A stretch of DNA of 64,000 bases from Takakia lepidozioides (lineage: Eukaryota > Plantae > Bryophyta), in assembly GCA_030704615.1 (NCBI GenBank), contig CM060734.1:58528001-58592000 (forward strand), written 5' to 3'. Positions 24,217 through 37,799 of the stretch are shown here, in pieces. The stretch's first letter is position 1, and every line of letters begins with the position of its first letter. The position numbers and the translations under genes were made by a program. The notes beneath the pieces were generated by a model. That model saw nothing but the letters and a program-made list of their open reading frames with translations, did no database searches and had not been told where the DNA came from.

Positions 24217-27200
24217 TCACCAGTAATCCCCACAAGAGCAAGCCCCATCTTGGAAGTGGTGAAAGCGGCTGGCATCCCGCAAAATAACTGCTCGCCCAAC
24301 AATCCTTGAGATGAACTTGGTGGCTGTGTGGCAATCACCACACACCCGAAGGTTCTTGATCACGCGGATAGGCAAGCCAGGGGGCGTGCTGATGAGCCCA
24401 TAAGCAATGGCCAGCTTCTCACTGTGGTGGCAAAGAGACAATTCCTTTTTCTCCTCCTCCACATCACGCAATACAAAGCGTGTGTCAGGCACATATCCCG
24501 CCTCCTTCATCTTCCCAGACAATCTATTGAGCTCAGCATGGATTTCCTCAATTTGTGGATGCAATGTGTCTTTTACAAGAAATTCGTGCACATGGTTGTT
24601 CACCTCAATGCAGCTGCGCCCCGGCTCCTTTTTGACACCTCTCTCCCCCATTAAGTGTCTCACCTTTGCTTTATCCTCCCACCTTCCAGCTGCAGCATAG
24701 ATGTTCGATAGCAGCACATGAGCTGCATCATGCTGTGGATCAAACCCGAGGATGCACTTTGTAGCACGTTCTGCAAGCTCCACATTGCCATGAGTTCTGC
24801 AAGCACCAAGCAAGGCCACCCACACACCAGCAACTGCCTCGACTGGAATTTTGTTAATGAAATCCTCTGCCTCCTCCAGTTTCCCTGCACGGCCAAGAAG
24901 ATCGACCATGCAGCCAAAATGCTTGACTGTGGGAGTAAGACCATAATCTCGACTCATGGAATGGAAGTGATTGCGGCCTTCAATCACTAGGCCGGCATGA
25001 CTACATGCAGAGAGGAGAGATATGAAGGTGATACCATCTGGCTTCAACCCTTCCTTTTGCATTTCCTTAAACATTTGGAAGGCCTCCCTAGCACCCCCAT
25101 GCTGGGCATAGCCTGCAATCATGGCATTGAATGAGATCACATCTCGTTTCCTCATTTTGTCGAACACTTGACGTGCATCCTGTACACTCCCGCATTTTGC
25201 ATACATGTCAACAAGGCTTGTATATATGTCAACAAGGGTGGTCTTTAAATTAACACATGATACAATCCCAGTTTTGAGCATGTCAGCATGGACTAGCTTG
25301 CCCTTTTCCAGGGCACCAAGGCTGGCACACGCATTGAGAACACAAATGAATGTGGCCCCATTGGGTGTCAATCCGTTCTGTTTCATTTGTTCATACAATT
25401 TCACAGCCTCTGCACCACGCCCGTGCTGAGCATACCCTGTGATCATTGCATTCCATGAGACCACACTCCGTTCAGCCATACTGTCAAACAGTTCACGAGC
25501 ATCAGCTAAGCTCCCACATTTGGCATATCCTGCAATCATGGCAGTCCAGGAGACCACATTTCGTTTCGACATTAGGTTGAACACATGACGCGCATCCTTT
25601 ATGCTCCCACATTTAGCATACATATCAACAAGGGCAGTCTCCAAAGTAATGTCTGGCACAATTCCAGTTTTGATGATATCAGCATGCACACGCTGGCCCT
25701 TTTCAAGGGTTCCTAGCCTACCGCACGCAACCAGAACACAAGTGAACGTTACACTGTCAGGCATCACCCCTTGCCTTTGCATTTGCTCATAGATTTCGTA
25801 AGCCTTCTCAGCTTTCCCATGCTTAGCATATCCCCCAATCATCATGCTCCAGGTAAAACTGTCTCGATTCGGCATTTTGTCAAACACTTGGCGTGCATCC
25901 GCCACACTCCCGCACTTGCTATACATGTTGATAAGGGTGTTGTCCAGAAAGATGTTTGGCTTGAAGCCACTTTGGATCATGTGGGCATGCACCTGCTTTC
26001 CCTCTGTTAGGGCTTTGAAGTTCATGCATCCATGCAAGAGACAGACATAAGGATCGGAGTCTATTGGAATCTCTAGTTGGGTCAAAATGTGCAGCGCGTC
26101 TTTCAGTCGTCCTTGCTTACACAGTGACCTGACATTCCCATCATTGTTTTCTTGCTCTTGGGTCCCATGCTGCACTTCATTATTAGACCGATCACCGGAT
26201 TGTGCTTGACCTTGTGTCATGGCAGCTAGCTCTGCTTTCACCCAAGCTGGGTTCAACCGACCCTCAATCCAAAGGACCTCCCTCGTGTACTTATGTCTGA
26301 AGTCTGGTGATGTTGGATATTTCTGTGAAACCACCAAGACACCATAGGTTTAACCACACCCCCACATAGACCCGGCTACAACCTCAAAAGCTCCTGAGCA
26401 CCTTTCACACCAAAAAAGGGGGGAGCAACCTTGAAAACCTACTTTCATGCCCTTGCAGCTTCTCTATAGCATGCTATAGATGGCCACAAATCTAAGATAC
26501 AGACCAGTCCACAAAGCATGCACATGCCAGCTCAGTCAAAAGCCCTCCTGTACTGAAGCTCCTATTAAAAGAAAATAGTCTCACCTTATCAGACCTGTTG
26601 TCCCACCACTGAGAAGGATCTGAAAAGAAATCCTTCCAGAGTTGTCCTCTGCTCATCACTCGACCTGCGCACCAGAAACTACAAGACCATAAAAACTATT
26701 GCCATAGTCTGATCGTCTCAGTGACATTGTGAATCGATTCGGGAAAACATTTCTGTAGGTTACCCTGGGCTACGCTCTGCCTCATGCACTCAGTGACATA
26801 CCAGAATTACAGATGTTGCAGAAGATACTGACGGGGCTTGTGGTGGACAGGGCCACTCTTCAAGCCAGGCTGATTTGAGTCATACTCACATTCCTCCACA
26901 GCCCTTGTTTGACAAGATTTTGTGCTTTGACTATAATCTGACATCCCACCAAAATTTGGACTTTGGTCTGGCAATGGATCTCCACTGGGAACACCAGAGT
27001 CAGAGCCATACTGTGATATCCATCCGCCATCAGATTGTTTTCTTCTTTGTGTCTTGTCAGCCAGGTCTTTCATCCAGCCAGGTCTGCGCCACTGCCAAGG
27101 CTCTGCCGAGACCTCCTCGTCTATACTCATTGCTTGGCCTGCATTCAGATACCAAAGATCTTTAGTGTACGTTCTACTGATATGGCTGAAGGACACTGCA

Positions 27201-27564
27201 GAGCCTGAACGACTCTGAAGCACAGTTTAGAGAAAGCCCACAAATTAGAAGAGAGAATCATGGCTCTACCTTTTCCTGAAGGCTTGGTAGTCGTCATAGC
27301 CACCACTAGAACGGATCTCGGGCCTGGCATTGCCGAGGTCGATGCCCCTTCGAGCTCCACGGCCTCACCCCATAATCTGCTTCGTGAAGTGAGGCACCAC
27401 CGCAGATGCGGTATAGAAGAAGACATGGAAGTTAGAGGAGTATCGGAGCACTCTGCCAGCAACTCCGTGTTTGCGTGTGTGAGACAAGGAACAACCCACC
27501 CGTAAGCTTCCATACTCTTCCAGGGATTGTAGAACCTCCTCAGTGGTCTCTGGCGATTGGTCAT
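24217..27564 (-). CDS. PDF-motif (OSB-like) + PLS-PPR + E + DYW protein, paralog 3 (about 909 aa, 4 exons)
   Basis: Proposed exons: 27564-27270, 27138-26890, 26664-26585, 26322-24217, with phases 1,1,0. The spliced product has the best PDF motif, [19 protein letters not shown]|[32 protein letters not shown], then 12 PLS motifs, E and DYW (HSEKLA, CGDCH, GDYW). Confidence 0.88.
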
Positions 27565-28191
27565 CCTGCCAAAGAAATGGTTCCTTGGAAAAGCAATGCT
27601 CCTTGCTCCTTCGGCTTGTACATACTCTAGCGACAGCTGCCTCGAGTAAGGGTCACACAAGAGGCAGCCGGGGGTCGGGGTCGTCGTAAAACCGAAGGAA
27701 ACCGATTGCAACTACCTCTTCCAGTCCCCGTTCTTCCTCAGGACGAAAATTCTGGGGCGGGACGCCATGGCAACCACGAGGGCATCTCTGTAAATACTTC
27801 TCATCAGCTTTTAGCACGCTCTTGTCCCAGCAATGAACTCTCCCCTCGCTCCTTCACTTTGCAGCAGTACATGTGATTGATCATCCCACTTGCGAGTAGA
27901 AAGCAGGAAGCCCACCGCAACACTAGTTTTCCAACAGACAATCCCTGGCCATCATCATCATCCGCGAAGGATTTCAGCTAGCTTTCATTCCTGCTCCACC
28001 ATTTCAAGCCTGTAAGTACAAGCTCCCGGCCAAACCAGACTTGTTGTGCAGCCTGCGACTAGCTCGAATCCCACGTCGTAAACTGAAGAAGAGAAGGAAA
28101 AAAAATCTGACAATTGGGTTACACTAGCAGATGCAGCTGCGCGAGGATTCTCTCGATGGGAAACTGAGATTTCTCGAACATCTCGAACTAG

Positions 28192-30087
<1,896 letters not shown>

Positions 30088-31682
30088 ACGAAACAGTGTT
30101 GCTGGGTACAGTATGTTTTGCTCAAAGATGTAGTAATGCATTTTTCCGGGATCTGTCTGTGAATGTTACATATTGAAGTCTTCCCGATACAAGTGTATCA
30201 GTACTGTGAAGGCCTAGAAACATGAGGGCATGTGACAAGCTACCAAAGCAGAAGTGTTTTGGATTACCTCTTCTTGACATGTGTACTGGGAAATTTGGTC
30301 TGAAACTTGTGAGCTCTAGTTTGCTGAAGAGTAGTGGTTTGCACATGTGGTTTGCTTGCGATTGTAGCAGGATGCTACATGCAATACCTGAGCATTGTTT
30401 GGTTCTCACAGTATTAACCTCTTAAGCGCCTGAGTGGCCCATTGGCTTCTTACTCTGCCCGTTTCTAACCTTAAGTAGGTGCGGTTGACCCCTGCAATGC
30501 TTTTTTCATGCTGAGCATCTGCCCGGTTATGTGGGCATCTGAAGCAGCCAACGCATTTGCCTGGTTGCAATGCTACATTCTGGCAGGATGGGTGTGGGTC
30601 ACAGCTGCACAGGGTGCAGAAAACCTGGTAGTGGGGGGGCACATGGCTGCATTTGCAGGGTCACCCTATGGAGAATTGAAGTGCATTGTAGGGTGGGTAA
30701 GTGAGTTAATGCTTCACATCCCTCAGGAAATTGAAGAGGATTGCATGAAATAAAAGGCCTCTAACTAGAAGGAAAAATCAACATGAGCAGTTACCTACTA
30801 CTAAAGTGGGTCAGAGGTTGGCCTGGTTTTGCCAAAATGGATCCTTTAGAGGCTAACTATACAGCATGGACTTTGTCTACATAAGTTAATTAAGTCCATT
30901 AATTTAGAGGTTCAATGGTGAACTACCTCAAATCCTAGAATGAACCAGGCAGCTGTTCAGGTTAGGTGAAATGAACTGTGTTGAAGTGCAAATCAGGTAG
31001 CAACTACATACAGAATTTATGCAGTAGCCCAAACAGTTGTTAGCAGTGTTTGCTAAAACACAAACTAGCAGACCAAAGTCTTAACATCGTGTTGTCAATC
31101 ACTTCACAGACACAGAAGCCCAGTTTTCAGACCTTTATGCAAGCTGAGCCAGTGTTCAGAAAGAGGATGCTCTTCGTGGAGATCTGTGCATGTAATGTCA
31201 GGTGGAGTGACAGCCTTTGAATCAGTATGGAGTGACCTCAGAAAATCTATTTCTGTTGCTGTAGTGGAAGGTGTGCATCCAAAATCTAGGCCTGGGGGAC
31301 TGCCCCGCCCTCAGACAAACTCCCCCTGCCCAGCCTACCTCCTCACGAAATTATATTGGAAGTGTTACTCACTAAATCTAGTGGTATAACATTCCCCTTC
31401 TTTTCAAGGGGGAAAGTAATCATATACATTGCAGAAGAACAACACTGGCAGTGATCTTTCCCATGCAGTCCCGTTCCGATACAGTTTACTCTGGGGTGTT
31501 ACCCTTTGCATCACCCAAAAATGAAAGAGAAAGACAGACACTAGTAATGTCCAGGGAGGCCATGGAGCTTATTGAAAGATTTTGATGGCTAGAGGCCTCC
31601 ACAATGGAAGGATAAATATCACCCTCCCAGCTAACAAAGTGGGGTTATGTCTTTCAGTGGTTAGCCAACCCAGTGCATAATC

Positions 31683-34600
31683 TTAGTTGGTAGCCTTAAA
31701 TGGGGTGTAATGCCGAAGGTCCTTGCTAATCCCTTCTATAGAGCCTATCCCTGCAGCTATTGAGACAACGAGACATATTAAGCTAAGGATTTGTAGGCTA
31801 ACCCACTTGGAGCTCCACCGCTGAACCTTGTGCTGAACTATGTACATCTGTACCGGGAAATACACTGTAAGGGGCCAAAATCCTGTAGCTCCAATCAAAC
31901 CCAGGACATCATTGAAAAAGGGGAGGAGCATGGATATGACTGTGGTTATAATCACATAGAGCGTACGCCAAACCAACCGAAAGTGGTTGAAACGCATTGA
32001 ACCAACCCATGGGAGCTTGACATAGTGTTCCTTGTTAATGAAGTTGCTCTTTGGCCACTTGCTTGACACCCAGGTCTCCACAAAACCAAACAGCGGCTGT
32101 GTATATACCTGAATTAAATCCAAACAGACCAAACTATTTTCAGGAGCAGATCGGCAATTCACAACATTTAAAAGACCTTCACTTCTGTGGCATATGTTCA
32201 AGAATGGGACCCACCTCAATTGTTAACAGCAATTTACTGGAAGGACTAGCAACAGATGTAGTAACTAACTATCATAATGCATATTTGTTAAGTCTTTGCA
32301 CATGTCACAAGTTAAGACTTGCACTTAGTAAACACACAATAGCAAGTTGGAACGAACAAGTACCTAACCACTGGGGATTGGGGGCACAGTTCCATACAGT
32401 GGGTGAGGTAAAACTACTCATAAATAGGGTTATAATATCTTGAGGGCCCAATGTCCTCCAGGGTATATCATACAGTAATCCACAGAGTCAGTCACACAAA
32501 TACAATCTTATGTGACAGGCCAAAGGCAAAACCAACCGCATGTTATCAGCTTGTTGTCAATCCAAGAGGTTGATTTGGGTAGGACAAATATGGATGTGTT
32601 ACCAAGGGGTACAGTCACCTGATAGGCGCCAACTAGATGGATGACAATGCAGGCATTTGCGAAGTCCACCAGCCAATAGGGCTTAAAGAATCCAAAGCCT
32701 GTGAGCAGGTTGCCTGGGGCATTGTTGCCAAAGGCAGCATATCCAACGCAGCCAACAGACATATAGAATGAGGTAGTAGTAAGAACTCCAATTAGTGTGG
32801 CCCGCTTCATCGTTTTGTTCTCAGGAGGCGGCGACTTCAAAGTATCCTGCTCAACATCAGAAGCAAAGCCCATGAGAGTGGAACATTGACAGTTGTTACC
32901 TTCAATGGATGCTTTGAAGAATTGAATTCCCTTCACTCCTCAGGTATAGCGCCTAAATAGAGTAAAAGACTTTCCTGGCACCTTTTTCTCCCCCGTAAGT
33001 CAATAACAGCAAATAAACTAGTTCCACTGTGTGGTAGCAGCCATAGAAGCAACCGCGTTGGGATGAACTGGGCCTGGATTAAGCACTTTGTTTTCCTGGC
33101 CTTCCAAGCATGTCTCAACTATTTGCAAGTTCCGTTTTTGGCCGTCGAAGACTAAAGAATCAATGATCCTGTATATCTTCTTGTCAAAAATCAGTCATCA
33201 TGGGTAAGGATGATGTTCCACATGAGTATTATCTCTCTCTGCCGGTGCACTGATGATTGCCCAATAACTTGTTTATTAAAGGAAGGAATAAGAAAGAGCC
33301 TGTGAAAAATACTTAAAGGATAGGATTGGGGGTGAATGGCAGGGTGGCCTATGGCTGTTGTTCCACACACTTGCACTGAGAGAACCCCAAGAGAGGTGCA
33401 TATCATCCATGGTGGCTTAGCAGAGAAGTTGCCAAGCATGGTGTTGGAGGGGAGAAAAGGACATGCCTGGATCTCAATGAGAATCATGGAGAAGGAATAA
33501 GCGAACGCTATGTTTCCAAGGGCATTAAATATTGCCCATACTTTTTCAGCTTTTGTAACATTGCCAACCACACTGATATCACCAATCGTCACCCCTGTCA
33601 GGGTTCCATGTGAATGCCCACTTTCTGCAAGCCAAATATGTTGTCCAAGGTTAGAAGCTCTGCAACAAGTCTCCAAAGGTGGGGTGAATGCCTAGTTGTG
33701 TGAAGAGTATTGAAACCAGAACCGAACACTCGGTACTATTGAAGAAACCTTTCTCGACCTCTGCTGTCTGTCAACAAACCCCTGACATTATGGTCTGTCA
33801 AACCTCATCAATTATCTATAAACTCAGTCTGTTTCCCTTCAGGCAGGTGCAACTAGAAAACTCTGGATGCTTGCAGGCTTTATCTTAACTCCAATATCAC
33901 TGCAAAGACACATTGAAACCAACATGTTGCTATTAGTCCTATGACAGTGGTGATACAAAGACAGAGTTAAGTAGACGTAGTCTCAAATATGGTGGTCTAC
34001 GTACCAAAAGCCTTCTCAAGACCGAGGCCGAGTCCGATTGTAGAATATGTGAAGGACATGACAGCAGCAACAATCGAAAGCCACCATATCTCACCAAAAT
34101 CTGGAATCTGTGAAAATATGATCTGAACTACACCAAACAATGACATGTACAAAATGTCTGACACATTGCATGGTGCATTGTCCCCTTTTTTATGGAAGCA
34201 GTCAGACCTTTGAATGGCCCTGCCGCAGACAGGAAGCAGGTCAGTACTTCTGAATAGGAACTGGATGAAGTGGCATGGATGGCTCACCTTACACACCTAC
34301 TCAATCTTGAGCTGACCGATTCATGACAGGTATTGGCCTTATGGCTTTACTTTGTGAATAATTAGAAACCATTGCTGGAGGAGAGTGAATGAGGATTAAT
34401 CTTCTGATCATTTCCAAGAATCACAAACCAACGGTAGTTTGTTGAAGACTCCAGGCAAACTCATGTTTCAAGCAATAAAGTGGATAGGAGCAGGTTCAAA
34501 GCAATTCTCCGACTAACAGAATGTCTCTTTCTGTGCACTCATTCCCATTTGCGTCTAGCACCTGCCCAAAGAGAGAGACAACTTACACTGCGCTGACCGA

Positions 34601-35572
34601 GGCAGTGATGGTATAGCCTATTGATGTTGCCAAGAGGTTAGTGTACTGTACAAGACCACAGAACCAAACTTGCCTTCTCCCTGCAGTCCAACAGATCAAA
34701 ACATAAGTTTGATGCTAGTTGGCTGTTCATTCATGAGCACTACTTAATTAGTACCCTGCTGAGCACTTGTAAGATTTCTAGTTGCCCTTTCCTTTCACTG
34801 AACTGAACTCTGCCGGATCGTCTAATGTAAAGCACAGTAGAGGCCACAAACCCAGATTTGCCCTCACTGCGTCCATGTATGTATAATTGCGTTTCCCGGT
34901 CTCGGGGTTGGGACTTCTGTAGCAATCGGCCAGCAACAAAGAGGTGTAGTAAGTGACAATGGCAAAGGCGAGAAGGACAAGTGGTCCTGCAATCCATCCC
35001 ATCTGGGCAATACTCCATGCTAAGGACAGCACCCCAGAACCTATGACTGCTGTTATCACATGTGCAGATGCTGTCCAGACAGTTCCTGAAAAAACCACCA
35101 AGATTGTATTAGCTAAAGGAGGGGACTATGGCAGACCATCTTCAAGCTGTAGAGATGGAAAACTGGGAAACAGAGATTATACAGAGAAGAGAGAGCAGAA
35201 TTACACTGAGAGTCACTGACTCATCCTTATAAAGAGTCATGTGCTTAATACTAGTTTTACTCTACAAATTGTGGAGATTGTTGGTGACTAGGCCAAGAAG
35301 ACAAGGAATGAATGCAGCTGTGTCGGAGAGTTTAGTCATAGTTCCATCTAACAGTCATGAACTAGATTGAGAGAGCATGAGAGAGAGAGAAATGAAATGG
35401 TGCTTTATAACGTCGAGAGAGAGAGACCTGTGCGGCGAGGTTTGCCATCGTCGTCGAGTTTGCTACTATAATCGTAGTGATGCTGAGTAGCACTTTTATC
35501 GCCATTCATATGGGGCTTTTCCGAGTCACCATTTTCAGCCTGCGCGAGCTTGTCATCTCCTTCCCATGCCAT
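31683..35572 (-). CDS. AAP: Amino acid permease (AAP family), 7 coding exons
   Basis: DDDGKPRRTG|TVWTASAHVITAVIGSGVLSLAW, GKRNYTYMDAV, FSQIPDF, GNIAFAYSFSMILIEIQ|DTLKSPP, APGNLLTGFGF, FWPLTVYFPV. Confidence 0.95.
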
Positions 35573-37693
35573 CCCGATCCCTTCTGTCTAAGAATATTTC
35601 GGCCTTAATTACTCCACTTAAGTCCACATGTGATACTACAGGGACCTCCTTCGTTCCTTCATCCAGAGTATTCTTTGCAATCAATTGGAAGTCCCTATAT
35701 CACCATCGTTTCCAAGTTTTGCCTGTAACAGACGAAGCTCTCTACAGTCACTTCCTGTAAGCAACAGCACCTTGGAATCATATTTGTGCAGTCACCATGT
35801 GAATTGTCAACAATCCTTGTAAGTTGGCACTGAGGCCAGTTTTCTCGCCTTAACTGTGGAGCTATCAGGTCAAATCTGCTCTTCACGACGATAGGAGGGG
35901 GGAGTGAAGACACAAAATATTACTAGAATCGCTATGTTTGATTAGCTATGATCGACAGGCCAATTAAACAGTCCGACAGAGCTCCTTTACAACATCAAAA
36001 GAAACCTCTTGTCTGGAAGGAGCTGGACCACTGATCCGGTGGCTGTGCACACACCCCAAAAACGACCCCTGACGTAATTCTGCAAGCAAGTCTACCATAG
36101 ACTACCATGCTGAACTAGCATACTGAAAGACAGACACTCACACGCACAAGCTGATAGCACAAGATGAGCTCCAACAGTACGCCCCCCGAACTGGAACCTC
36201 CAGAAATGTAAGAGTGTTAGAGGCATATAAAGCAGAGTGAACTGCAACAACTGCAGCCACAGCGACGCTATTTGGCCGCCGGTGTCCTCATAGCCACATC
36301 ATGTCGCAGACCCCCGGTCTCGCATACGACAGAGTCCGGATTCGCACGAGGGACACAGCTACAGAAGGATCTAGGAGAATTTTACTGAATACGAGACTGT
36401 ATATACCTGTGAAGAAGACCAGGCCGCGTCTTCCAGAGAGACAGAAGGCGAGACAGTGGGGTCAGAACAAGCCGCCCTTGAATCCTGGCTGGTCAGATCG
36501 AGAGAGGGACAATCACCGACTTGCAGGCACATACTTCGCCACCTTCATTTTTATATTTGAGAAGCAAACTCCTGGTAGCACACCCGTGACCGCCGGGACA
36601 GGAACCCGAGACGCACACTCCAGTCTCCCACAGATGAGGAGCGACCACGGAATGCAGAGTATGCGCAAGTCTGGCAGATATTAGGTAGAGCATTCACTCC
36701 GCCAGGCTGCGATTTGCACTTTATTAGCAAATCTCCTTAAACCTTCTTAGTCTTTCACTTGCGTTGGAAGCCATCGCCATCTCCTCGCTAAACCTTCGCA
36801 ACTGTAGAGCTTGCCACACTCTCCTTCCCCCCGGCATCTTCTTCTTCAATAGCCGTCCTAGTCAATGCGCCTTCAGAAACAGCAAGTGAATTCCAACTTA
36901 CAGCAATCGACAGCGTGAACTTAGACTTTGACAAGAATCCCAGTGTGACCGCTGACGCCACACCGAGCTTATCACGATGACGGCTCGTCCAATTATATAC
37001 CTCCGCATTGCGGCCGCAGGCGCAAACGATATGGGATAAACAGTACGTACGATAATAAAAGTGATTTTATTATTATTTGAGGCCCTCCACGTTCGGCGGC
37101 AGTGCGGCACACGACCGTAAGTCCAAGACCGTTTGACCGCTGGTCGCCAGAAGACTGCGGTTTGTTCGCTGGTGGGGCCCATCTTCCTCCAGACGCCGAC
37201 CGAGTAAAAAAAAAGCTTATCCACTCTTGCTAGTTTTTTTTGTCTTGTTTTTTAATTTAGTTAGGGTAATCGTCGTTAATTGCCCTGCCTAATTCGGCGT
37301 AAATTTCAGATTCTGGCGCCGGAAACTTAAATTTAAAACTGAAAAATGTAGATTCCGTTCGGGTCATAACGCACGTGCACGGAGCCAAAAGGAACACGTG
37401 TGGCGGCTTTCGGGTGAGATTGGATAGATAAATTATATAACTTGAGGGTAATCATCGAGCGACATGTGTCACGCACATGCAGGATCGACGCAGACCTGGT
37501 AATGCGATTGGCTGCAACGTGTCGCGATCTCAATATGCCCGCGCTGGCCAACCGCGGAAGGCCACTTGACGGCGCTGCGGTCAGATCGACCGCGCCGCGC
37601 GGTCGTCACTCCGGGGGCCACGCTTGTCCAGAAAGGAAGGAAGCTGAAGAAGTCGGGGAGAGTGTGAAAGGAAGTGTAATTGAGCGGGTTGAG

Positions 37694-37721
37694 GTTTTAG
37701 GGTTTAGGGCTTAGGGTTTAG
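37694..37721. promoter_or_regulatory. Telo-box-like (TTTAGGG) motifs upstream of the At4g37920-like gene
   Basis: ttttagggtttagggcttagggtttag about 80 bp before ATG 37800. Confidence 0.55.
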
Positions 37722-37799
37722 CGGAGGTGAGAGTGAACGGGAGAGGAGGAGGGGATTGTAGAGAATTGATTTGTGCGAGGAGAGAGGGCAGCAGTGAGA

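Noticed and set aside
37694-37721. Telomere or chromosome-fusion site (also 42641-42654)
   Set aside because: Only 2-4 imperfect units in promoter-like context; better read as telo-boxes.
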